Shown: piece after piece, positions 12,841 to 24,345 of the stretch
Layout: each line of letters begins with the position of its first letter
Numbering within the stretch: the stretch's first letter is position 1
From: the human T2T-CHM13v2.0 reference genome, Homo sapiens
DNA: 64,000 nt
NCBI RefSeq assembly: GCF_009914755.1
Contig: NC_060926.1
Strand: one strand, 5' to 3'
Made by a program: the position numbers and the translations under genes
The notes under the pieces: generated by a model
The model's input: only the letters and a program-made list of their open reading frames with translations
Databases searched by the model: none
Told to the model about the DNA's origin: nothing

Positions 12841-15800
12841 AAGTGAATGGTTGGAAAGTAATCTCATTGCCAAGGTTCATCAAAAATGCAAAAAAAGTGA
12901 TATGTTGATTGATTGTTTGATCAATTAATTTAGAGAAAGAATACAGCTACTCTGGATAAATCCTATGTACAGTGAACATTCTGCATTATTTATTTCTTGG
13001 AATAAGGAATAGACATTGGTCTTAGCCCACCTTGTATAGAACTAGTTTTGTAGTTCAGATTTGTAAAATTCCTGCAAAGCAAAGTAACAATGAAGAAAAA
13101 CCTAGAGATTAGAAATAGGGAAGAGCTCACCTTGCCTTGAACCATGATATTTCTATGAAGTAAAGTGAGTTATACTTCCTTGAGCCACTCGCAAATGCTT
13201 GTTTCAAAGTAAAAAGGCATCTGTAACTTTAAGAGGTAAAAAATACAGAGATGGTAAACACCACCACATAATACAAATCTACAGCCCCCCAAACCTGTAA
13301 TTTATACCTTCTTACATTCCGGTAACTTTGAAATGAGTTTACAGTTTATTTAAACATGTACCAAATGTAATTTACTTGGAGCTACAGAACAATCCAGAGT
13401 AGATTTGTTAGGCCAGGCTCTGAACCATCAAAGAAGAAAATTTGTCATATGAGTTGCTGGCATAGCCTTAACTCTGTAGCAGGGCACACTAAACTGTGAT
13501 AATTTTTCTTTGGTCATTTTCGGCTCTTAATACCATTTTGATAGTTGATGTAAGAGCTAATTCTCTTTCTCCTTTGATCACAGAAAGTTGAATTTTTAGT
13601 GATTACAGTTTTTAAGGATTTTTTTTTCTTTGATGGAAGCGTAAAGAAGGTCAGAGCTTTAATTCTGTCCATTAAAGTGGGACAGAGCCTTGACTTAAAA
13701 AAGAAGACAGTCACTGGGAAGGAGGGCACCAGCCTAGTGGCCTCTAATGGACATTATTTTCTGGTAGATGGTTGAGTTCTCTGTGACTTCAATCTTATCC
13801 CTTTTTTCTGGCATCTTTGGCCATTTCCATCACCTTTCTCAAATTTAAAATCATTATGGGCACTGTTTTAGTCATTTCTGCCATTCTTTTCCCCAATATT
13901 TTGTCCTTCTAAAATATTCTATGCTTTATCCCCACTACCCGTGTTCTTCCTTCAGCAGGCTTTTCCCTCTTACCCACACCTTGTTCTTCCTCAGGGCCAT
14001 TTCCACTCTGCCTACCACAGTGTTGCTGGGTTTGCTCCTCTCCACTAAGGTGCATGCTGTCTTGCACACTGCATGGCCCTTTCTCACCACACAGTGAGTT
14101 AAACAAATGTGCAAAGCACCCAGTACTTGCAGGCCTTTCTCAGGATTTTCCTGAGTTCATTCTTTCTACATACTAACTCTCTTTATAAGAACTTGTGATT
14201 GTCACAACCTGTTTGGCAGCTACTTCATGGGGTAAACTAAATGGCAGTTATACATTTCTTCTGTAATCTGCCATTTTGTACGCATGCTTTTGGGAAGGGT
14301 TGTATTTTTTAAAACACTCCCGCTGGCAGGAAACTGATAACCAACAGTTTCTACACATTACTACCACAATTGTACTTCCCAATATTTTGAGTTAGGAGTT
14401 AAATGACAATCCTAAGCAGTTTTGCAGTTGCCTTTATTGTGATGTCTTGGTGTATCACTGTCAGACACACTTAGAATCTGGAGCTGAGACAATGAGAAAA
14501 ATATGTATGTTTTTAAAAAGTAATGCTTTCAGGAAGCCTGATTCTAACTCTGAAATGTAATCGAATAATTAAATCACATTTTGAGTTAATGCAAACTTTC
14601 CCTAGTTAAGATCTTTCTATTCTTATCTTGGTACTTAAAAGTGTTGTTCTTTCTTGCAAATCTTGCTAAAGTCTAAAACCTTTGTAACACGCTGGGACTA
14701 TTGTCTGCCTGAGGAAAAAACCCTAAAACTATCTATAATTAGTAGGTCCTATTGTGAGACACCACCAGCATACTTACAGGATCCTGCGGCTGCAGATTTA
14801 AAGACTGGTTATAAAGCGTAAAGAAGGAGTTCAGGAGAAAATGTCTTGACATTGCAAGTCTATTTCCATGTTTTTTGTTGTTGTTGTTGTTTTCTGAAAA
14901 AGGCAATCCTACTACAGATGAGAAATGTAACACTGAAATACAATGTGAAAGTATGTGGGTTTCTAAGAAGGTCAAATTTTATATTTAACTTCATCAAGGT
15001 CACTCTCATTTTCCTATTTTATATGCTGCATCTCAAACATGCTCATGAATAGTCATCTCTATAATCAAAGAATGACACTAGTCATGTCATCAGAGTTTGT
15101 CTTTTTAAGTACGACAGCCACAGTGCTTAGAAAAATATAATGTCACCTTAACCACAGCATGATGTTGAACCCATTGGCAATATGCACATAGTGGGCTGCA
15201 GGAGAATCTGGACCATACCCAGTGGTCTGTGGGTTCAGGGCACCTGTGGCCTGTTAGAGAGAAGCCCAGCTCATGGAGTTTAAAATCTGAAGTGATGTAG
15301 TGATGTAGCTGCCCAGCTACCACAGGCTGCAAATGATGCTGGGCCCTGAAGGCACTCCTGCTAAACTTGCAAGTTCTGTTCTGACCTCTCATCTACTTTT
15401 GTGTTTTTCCCAGATTCTTTCATTTTTAAACAAATGTAAGTATTAATGGTTGCATTGAAAGAATCCAGACCAGGCTTTGAAGACCTTTCCTTCATGCTTC
15501 AAGCTTCTGCTGTGGTCCTGTGTTCTAGTATGTGAGAAGCACATGCAGAAAGCAGAAGACTCTTGCCGTGCGATAATATATGAAAGATGACCAGTGACGA
15601 TTCGTCTTTCTTTCCCTGGTCCTTTCTGGTTGCAAAATAACTAGCATCCCCCTTTCAATGCCACAATGCAACACTCCCTGATAAAACCAACACTGAGTCA
15701 TGAGTGGCTAAGGAAGGTTTATTTTTCTGGTCATGGGTGCTGGTGAGAAAAGTATCCAGCCCTGCCTTGTGCAAGCCATGTGGCATGCCAACCAGTCATG

Positions 15801-16249
15801 CCAGGCCAAGGTCCACGAGAACCCGGGGAAATTTTCTCCCAAGGTCTCTAAAATATGTGAGGGAGACTGAGACTGAGACTGAGTATACTATTGTCTCCGT
15901 GTACTGAAGAGGCTGACTTTTCTACAGAGGTTTTATCATTCAGGATAGGGATAGATCTACAGCTAAATTTATTTTAATGTTTGCTTTTAAATTTTACAAT
16001 CTACTCTTTTAGTATTAATAACCTTAAAAAGAGAAAATGCAAGTTTAATAAAAAATAAAATACTACATTTTTGTTTCTCAACAGAGTTGATGATAGACAC
16101 ATAACCTGTACAGAAGGTTTTGACATTTACCATCCGTCATAGGAGTGTACTGATTTTATAGAAAGTTGAAAACTGGAAAACACACATGTGCTCAGGAAAT
16201 ATCAGCACTTATTTGTTTAGTTAGCCACCGACAGGAGCTAGAACCGAGT

Positions 16250-17212
16250 TATGAAGTCTACTTCAGGTTCTACAGCTGAGATTGAAAACTTCTAGCCTAA
16301 CTCTGGAGTAATGGATGGACATGTCTCCCAGCTTATCCCTGGGTGAGCGGGCAGGTCTGCTTTCAGACCACAGCTGAAAGGGCCTGGAGCTGATTTATAA
16401 GGTCCTTTCAAGGTCCACAGTGGAACTGAAGACAGCAGGTCAGCCTGCTGGGGCCCTGATGAGCATGTTTCTCTCTGGGTTCTGGAGACTGGATGCTGGC
16501 AGGACTGCCCTCAAGCCTGGCTAGGAGGGGTTGGGGACAAGATTTGGGGTCCTTTCTGGATCTGCTGTGGGATGTAGGTCAGCTGGCCTGTCTTCTGGGG
16601 CACATAGAGGCAGGCATCTCTCCAGGTCACTGGGTTGCCAGACTGCTCTCAGACCTCAGCTGAGAGGGGTTGGGGCTTATGTTCAAGGCTGTTTCAAGAT
16701 CTGCTGTGGACCTGGGGTTGGCAAGCCTGCCTTAGGGACTCTCCAGCTGTGTCTCCCTCTGGGTGCTTGTGCAAGCAGGACTGATGTTGGGATACAGTTA
16801 ATAGGGGCTAGGGCCAGTCACAGAGTTGTTTTAGGATTCGCAGCTGGGATGGAGGTCAATGGCCTGTCTCTGGAGGCACTAGCATATGTGAAACTCTTTT
16901 TGGGCTTCTTGGTGGATGGTTTTGGTAGCAGAACCAAGGCCAAATGGGGCTGTAGTCAAACCCTTGGGGAAACAGGGCCATTTCTTGGTCTGCAGCCCAA
17001 ATCACAGTCTGTGAGTCTGCTACCTGGGTAAAGGTCTACCCTCTCAAAAGGAAGCTACTAGGTTTTGGGTTCTACTGGCATTTCACATACTCCTACCTCA
17101 ATCCCAGGGCTTCTACAAAGGCACTTTTGTCCATGAGTGGATGTGAAGTAATTGTTGGTTTGGGAAGATAGCAGCCAAGGGACCTCCTTTTCTATCATCT
17201 TGCTAGTGTCTC
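16250..17212 (-). mobile_element. Orphan old L1M (L1M2/L1M3-type) 5'UTR with decayed ~140-bp monomers
   Basis: Right end reads CTCCTTTTCTATCATCTTGCTAGTGTC, the reverse complement of an L1M start (GACNNNAGCAAGATG). GATCTGCTGTGG-like blocks recur at ~16412, 16560, 16699 and 16835. Confidence 0.75.
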
Positions 17213-17489
17213 TCTCTTTTACAATGTGCCCAATGTTTACACTTGATTATTTCTGTCAATACACTAGACAAATACTTATAAAGAAAAGGAGCTGTTCTCA
17301 AGAGCGATAATATTGTACTGGTATTTCTCCAATTGAAAAATCACATTTCTAAGGGCATAATGACAACCAGCTGAAAGATCTGTTAAAATAAATTTGTCCT
17401 GTCAAGACCCACTTAGTATTGAAAGTGAAAACAGATGACTTAGTCCTTTCTTTCTCTCGTTCTCTTTTCCTATCTGTATTTAAAGCCTT

Positions 17490-20400
17490 TGTTTATGTAT
17501 TTATTTGTTTTTTAAAAAAACTTTTAAAGAGGAGTTCACAGCAGAAGGTTCACAGATTTCCCATGTACCCCCTGCCCTCACACATTCACAACCTTCACCA
17601 TTATCATCATCCACCACCAGAGTGGCACATTTGTTAAAACTGATAAACCTACATTGATACATCATCACCCAAAGACCATGGTTTGCATTAGGGTTCACTA
17701 TTGGTATTGCACATTCCATGGGTTTGGACAAATGTATAATGACAACATGTATGAAACATTACAGCGTCGTATGCAGACAGTAAACTGTTTCACTGACCTA
17801 AAAATCCTCTGTGTTCTGCCCATTCAGCTTCCCCCACTCCAATTCCTAGCAACCACTGACATTTTTACTGTCTCCATAGTTTTGCCTTTTCCAGAATGTC
17901 ATGTAGCTGTAATCATACAATATGTATGATTTTTCAGACTGACTTTGTTCACTTAGACATATGCATTTAAGGTTCCTTTATGTGTTTTCATGGCTTGATA
18001 CCTCCTTTCTTTTTAGCACTGAATGTTATACCACTGTATGGATGTAACACTGTTTATTTATCCATTCACTCACTGAAGTACATCTTGGTTGCTTCCAAGT
18101 TTAGGGAATTATTAATAAAGTTATATCCACGTGCAGGTTTTTGTGTAGACGTAAGTTTTCAACTATTTTGGGTAAATACAATACTAAGAAGTACTGGATC
18201 GTATTAGAAGAGTATGCTTAGTTTTGTAAGAAACTGCTAAATTGTCTTCCAACATGGATGTATTATTTTGCATTCCTATCATCATTGAATGATGTTTCTC
18301 ATTTCTTCACATCCTCACTGGCATTTGCTATTGTCAGTATTCCATATTTTGGCCATTCTAATAGGTGTATAGTAGCATCTCAATGTTGCTTAACTTGCAT
18401 TTCTCTGGTAATATCTAATGTGGAACTTTTAAAAATGCTTATTTGCATTCTGTATATCTTCTTTAGTGAGATGTTTGCAAGGTCCTTGGTCCACTTTTTA
18501 ACTTGGTTGTTTATTTTCTTGTTGTTGAGTTTTAAGAGTTCTGTGTGTTTTCTGGATGGCAATCCTCTATTAGATGTGTCTTTTGAAAATATTTCCTCTC
18601 AGTCTGTGGCTTGTCTTCTTATTCCTTTGACATTCTCTTTTGCAGAGTAGAAGTTTTTAATTTTAATGAAGTCCAGATTACCAAATTTTTCTTTCATGGA
18701 TAGTGCTTCTCCACTGTAACTATGAAATCATTGTCATACCCAGGGTCATCTAGATTTTTTCCTTGTGTTATCTTCCAGGAGTTCCATAGTTTTTTGTTTT
18801 ACATTTAGGTCTGTGATTCATTCTGAGCAAATTTTCATGATAAGACCACCTTTGTCTGGATTTATTTATTTTTTTTGCATGTGAACATCTAGTTGTTCCA
18901 GCACCATTTGTTGAAAAAACTATCTTGGCTCAATTGTATTGTCTTAGCTTCTTTGTCAAAGATCAGTTGACTATATTTATGTGGGTTTATTTATGGGCTC
19001 TCTATTCTGTTCCATTGATATATGTGTCTATTCTTTTGCCAATATCACACTGTCTGATTACTGTAACTTTATAGTAAGTCTTAAAGTCAGGTGGTGGCAG
19101 TCCTTCAACTTTGTTCTTTCCTTCAATATCATGTTGACTATCCTGGGTTTTTTGCCTCTCCTCATAAACTTTAGAGTCATTTTTTCAATAGTTATAAAAT
19201 AACTTGCTGGGATTTTGATTGGAATTGCACTGAATCTATAGATCTAGTTGTGAAATCTGACATCTTGAAAGTATTGAGTCTTACTATCCATGAGCATGGA
19301 CTACCTCTCCATTTACTTAGCTCTTTGATTTCTTTCATCAGAATTTGTTAAAGTTTTCTCATATAGATGTTGTACACATTCTGTTAAATTTCTATGTTAG
19401 TATTTCATTTTGAGAGGGTACTGATGTAAATGATATTGCGTTCTTAATTTCAAATTCCACTTTTTCATTGCTGACATATAATAAAGCAATTTGCTTTTAT
19501 ATATTAACCTTATATCTGAAACCTTGCTATAATTGCTTTTCAAAGAGTGTATTTTTGTCCATATTAAAAATTTTCAACATAGCTGATCATGTCATCTGCC
19601 AACAAAGACAGATTTTCTTCTTCCTTTCCAACCTGTGGACACCTAGTTTCTTTTTCTTGTCTTATTGTATTAGCTAGGTTTTCTAGTATGATGCTAAAAG
19701 GGAGTGGTGAGAGGAGGCATCTTTGCCTTGTTCCTAATTTTAGTGGGAGAACTTCTAGTGTCTCACCATTAACCACACTGTTATCTGTAGATTTGTGGTA
19801 GATATTCTTTATCAAGTTGAGGAAATCCTTCTTTATTCCTAGTTCACTGAGAATTTTAACCACAAATATGTGTTAGATTTTGAAAAATGCTTTTTCTGCA
19901 CCTATGGAAATGATCATGTGTTTTTTCCTTGTTAGCCTGTTGATGTGATGTATTATATTAATCAATTTTCAAATGTTAAACTAGTCTTGCATTCCTGGTA
20001 TAAGTTCCACTTGGTCTTGGTGTATAATTATTTCTATATATTGTTGGATTCAATTTGCTAATATTTTGTTGAGGATTTTTGCATCTATGTTTATAAGAGA
20101 TGTTGGTCTGTTGTTTTCTTGGAATGTCTTTGATTTTGGTATTAGGGTGATGCTGGACTCATTGTGTGAGTAAGAAGGTATTCCTTCTGCTTCTGTCTTC
20201 TGAAAGAGAATATAAGGAATTGATACAATTTCTTCCTTAAATGTTTGGTAGAATTCACTAGTGAATCTACCCGGACCCAGTGCTGTTTGTGAAGGTCATT
20301 AATTATTGGTTTAATCTAATAGATATAGCCTTATTAAGATTGTGTATCTCATGTGAGTTTTGACAGATGGTGTCTTTCAAGATATTGGTTCATTTCATGT

Positions 20401-20915
20401 AAGTTATCAAATTTATGGGTATAGAGTTTCTCATAGTATTCTTACAGTATCCTTTTACTGCCCATGAGATCTGTAGTGATGTTCTGACTTTCATTTCTGA
20501 TATTAGTAATTTGTGTCCTTTGTCTAATCAGCTTTTGATTTTACTGATTTTTTTCTATATTGGCTTTTTAATTTCAATTTTATCGATTCCCTCTCTAATT
20601 CTGATTTATTTTCTTCGGCTTACTTTGGGTTTAGTTTGCTTCTTTGTCTAGTTTCCTTACGTGAAAGTTTAGATTATTGACTTTAGACCTTCTTTCCTTT
20701 CTAATATATGCTGTAAATATTGTAAATTTTGCTGTAAGATCTAATTTTGCTGTATGTTTGATAAGTTGTATTTTCATTTTCAGTTAGTTGACAATATCTT
20801 TTAAATTCTGAAGTTTTCTTCTTTGACCTATGTGTTACACAGAAGTATGTTGTTTAATATTGAATTATTATGGGGTTTTCCAGTTATCTTTGTTACTGAT
20901 TTATAATTTAGTCCT
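17490..20915 (-). mobile_element. L1MC1/L1MC2-like 3' end and ORF2
   Basis: CATCATCACCCAAAG...CATTAGGGTTCAC 3'UTR signature. Minus-strand ORF2 peptide LKLGTRQRCLLSPLPFSIILE...LSLLADDMISYVEN. Confidence 0.88.
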
Positions 20916-20929
20916 GATTTAGTTGGCTA

Positions 20930-22760
20930 GTAGTTATTTTAACAAATATGTGCCTAAGATGAAGCTTGAAAGACTGCTATTACAGAAGCTGTATTACATT
21001 TCACACAGTGAAACATCTTTGTATTTATATCAAACACCTGTTATTCTAAACTAATTGTGCATATTTTTATTTGCAATTTTTTTGTGCATACATGAAAAGT
21101 GAACTGACCCTTACTGAAATGTTAGCTTCATTAGCAAAAGAACTTGGCAAATAGTTAAATGATTACACTTTTAATCAGTGACACCAGATACTTCAAATAT
21201 AAAATCAGTTAAAGTAAAACCAAAAATTATTTGATTTATTAACTCTATTTATGAAGCTAAATGTTTGAACTTTTTTCTGTCAAAAATTAAATATCTGGCA
21301 TAACTTGTGAATGCTATTGTAAATTAAATTAAAATTCAACATGGAGAGTAGAAATTATTTGTTTTTGTGCTTATACTATGAATATAAGTTTTACTGAAGC
21401 ATAGTGTGGAAAGAAAATGAACAATGTTCTAAACTAAATTAAGAAACCTATAGAGCAGAAATGTATGTGTAATTAGCTGTAGCACAAACAGAGGCCATCG
21501 TTACAACCAATCACACAGGATGCATGTTGCTACCAATTGAAACTGAATTTGCAGTTAACAAAATTTTCTATGTACTTATACCTAATTTTCTATATATTTA
21601 TTCTATATATTTATAAAGATTTCTATGTATTTATACCTGAGCTACAACATTGTTTCTGATGGTGTTGAATTAAAATAATAAAGTAATGAATAAATAAATA
21701 AATAAAACTTCAGTCTTGCAGTCTGAGCTTTCTTTCTTTGCTGTTCATTATGAATCCAGTTTTAGAAAATGTGTGAGCCTTTATGAAGGATTAGTTTAAA
21801 ATCACAGTAAGTGCCCTCTGTGGTACTGAACATATTTTGGAAACAAGTCCCTTACATTTTTGTTGTATTTTCAAAACTGGTTGAAAATTTTTAACTAAAT
21901 AATTGGACACATGGAGCACCAAACAACTTTGTCTTTCAAAGCTTTTAGTAAATTGTAATCATTGAGGATAAAATTTGCTAACAGGGAGAGAGTGCTCTTT
22001 ATTCCTACAGAACCACAGAAGCAGAGAACACATCCGATGAGGGAAGATCAGAGAGTCTACATGAAATGATTTTGGCATTTGCTATACTTTGGATAATCTT
22101 GACTTAGAAGAAGAATATTTTAATGATGATGCTATTTTTAATTAGAAAATTTCTATTCTAAACCAGCATATAATAAAAATGAAAAGATCACAATTTTGGA
22201 CCATCTAAAATTGGCCACAATATTCCAAGAAATAATAGAGATAAATTTTCATGAGCTTTGTGTTATTAAATATTTATTGAAGAAATATTTATTGAAAAAT
22301 ACTTATTGAAGTAACCCAGAGCCATGCGTGGTGATGTGTGTCTCTAGTCCCAGCTATCTGGGAGGCTGAGGTGGGAGGATGGCTTGAACATGGGGCAGTG
22401 AGCCTTGATTGCACCATACTCTCCAGCCTGGGCCACAGAGCGAGACCCTGTCAAAAACAAACAAACAAACAAACAAACAATGATACTCAGACTGCAGTAT
22501 CCTTTTTAATAGAAAATAATTTTGAGACTATCCTTCATTTAGCAGAATTTTATCTGAATTTATCAGATACCTCAGCACCCATAGAAAGTCTATTTTCTCC
22601 TTTAAAAAATGCTATGCTTTTCAAAGAAGAGTCAACTAAATGTGTCAACAATTTCAAATGTATTAACCATAAATACATACAGAAGAATAGTGCAGGTAAT
22701 TTTGTGAAAAACATTTTAACACAATAAGGTTATATTGAAATTACTGACTCCAGAAAAATA
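20930..22760 (+). mobile_element. Fossil hAT transposase (Blackjack-type DNA transposon)
   Basis: Manual translation gives FHTVKH (~21000), CYSKLI, FCAYMKSE and DTSNIKSVKVKP (21187). The C-terminal LAEFYLNLSDTSAPIESLFS (~22540-22598) matches the hAT dimerisation-domain pattern TSAxVERxFS. Confidence 0.8.
22320..22479 (+). mobile_element. Alu right monomer (FRAM/AluJ) with (AAAC)n tail, inside the hAT fossil
   Basis: GTCCCAGCTATCTGGGAGGCTGAGGTGGGAGGAT...GAGCGAGACCCTGTC followed by AAAC repeats. Confidence 0.85.
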
Positions 22761-23099
22761 CTAGGGGCACGAAACTCATTAAAGCATGAACTATATTCCA
22801 AGCTTTGCATATATATTTATTTAATTTACACAATCACTATAAAATTTTACCCCAGTGTATACACATACTAGCAAGTATATGGAAATAAGTGTATTTTAAA
22901 AATAGATTCAGAACAGAACTGTTGTATAGGCCAATATAATAATGTAATAAGACCACATTATCAGTCAATCAATAAATATATCAGAAGTGTTCATCTGAAT
23001 ATTCGCACAGGCCCCACAGTTTGGGCGGTGAGTAGGACCCGGGTCTACTTCTCGCCCCCTCTGTGCGCTTGGCTCTTCAGGCCCGCAGTGCACAGGGCT

Positions 23100-23787
23100 C
23101 GTACTCTGCTGTGTTGTCTTCTCTCTGCCTTGGCTGCGCAGTATCAAAGCCCTCCCTATTTACGGGGAAACCTCTACCTCGCGAATCTTGGAATCCCACC
23201 TCCCACCACAGCAGGTGAAAAGGTCAGATGCTGGCTTTCCGGCCTTCTGTGCGCTTAGGGCCAAAGCCTGTGTTAGGCTTGGCCTCAGATCCCCGCACCA
23301 CAGAACTTGTAGTGGGAGCCAGTGACTCAGAGGTGGGAAAGCAAAGATGTCGTTACCCGGGGGCACATGGGGACTGCTGCAGTGGTCCTGGCGTCCAGTG
23401 TGCAAGGACAGCACAGGTATTGCTCCAGCAGTGGTGCTCAGAAGCCAATCCCCCTTGCCCCCGGCAAACCCCCAGCCAAAGCCTAAGTGGAAGCGTGGGA
23501 GCCCAGCAGGAGGCGCAGAGGCAGCAGCTGCGGAAGCTGGTGCGGGTGGGCCGGGTGTGCCACGGTCTTCGCTGCTCTGGCCGTGTTGACAGACTTGGCT
23601 GTGACCGTGGCTCCTGCTCAGCCCTCCTTTTTGCTGCTTATTTTCTAAGTCTGGTTCTCCTGGCTGTTGTGGGATTCTGGAATCAACCATCAACCCAACA
23701 TTTCGTTTTGTTGTTGTGAATAATTTCCTTTTCTGCTCTAATCGGCCGGAGTTTCTGCTCTCCTGCTGAAAAGCCATGGCTGCTATT
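23100..23787 (+). mobile_element. Old ERVL LTR, LTR33/LTR41 group, GC- and CpG-rich
   Basis: CCCACCTCCCACCACAGCAGGTGAAAAGGTCAGAT and the 3' AATTTCCTTTTCTGCTCTAATCGGCCGGAGTTTCTG resemble LTR33/41 consensus blocks. Confidence 0.65.
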
Positions 23788-24169
23788 ACCTCCAAGGACA
23801 TACACCAGTGTCAAGCCAAGAGGTCTAAGGCTGTGCTTGGGCTTGGACCACGGTGGGTGTCCCGGCTCTACATAGAACTCACATGAAGAACTTTTCAAAC
23901 TGTAAACAGTAACTCAGCAGGAAGTAGGAGTGCTTCAACCCTGAAAATAGCATGGAGACCAGGGAACAACACAAGTGTCATCCTGATATCAACTGGGGTG
24001 TCCTGGTCTGTTTAGATTCACATGAAATCAGATCATGGCCATAATATGTAAAATGTAAATCTAGCATCCCGGTCCTTCTGGGATTTGATTTTCTTGATTA
24101 CTTTTGTTTCGTGTGCCCACTTTTACCTAGGTAGTATGTTTGAACGTTCACATTTGTTTAACAAAACAT

Positions 24170-24345
24170 ATGATACGCTAGGCTTTACCAATAAGAACTA
24201 CGTATTCAGCCCTCTGAATTAGGTATTATTACTATCCCCATTTTACAAATGAAGAACTTGAAGTTTAAGAAATAATTTTCTGAGTCACAAAATTATTGCC
24301 AGAGTGACAGAGTGAGTGGTCTGAGGGCAAATCCCAGGCTCTGTG
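24170..24345 (-). mobile_element. MIR
   Basis: ATTATTACTATCCCCATTTTACAAATGAAGAA core. Confidence 0.75.

Noticed and set aside
16531-17031. 166-aa ORF
   Set aside because: Antisense frame of an L1M 5'UTR monomer array with a non-ATG (TTG) start.
23160-23801. Longest ORFs in the window (213 aa minus, 163 aa plus)
   Set aside because: GC-rich LTR-derived sequence is stop-poor. No recognisable domain, and both strands are open, as expected by chance.
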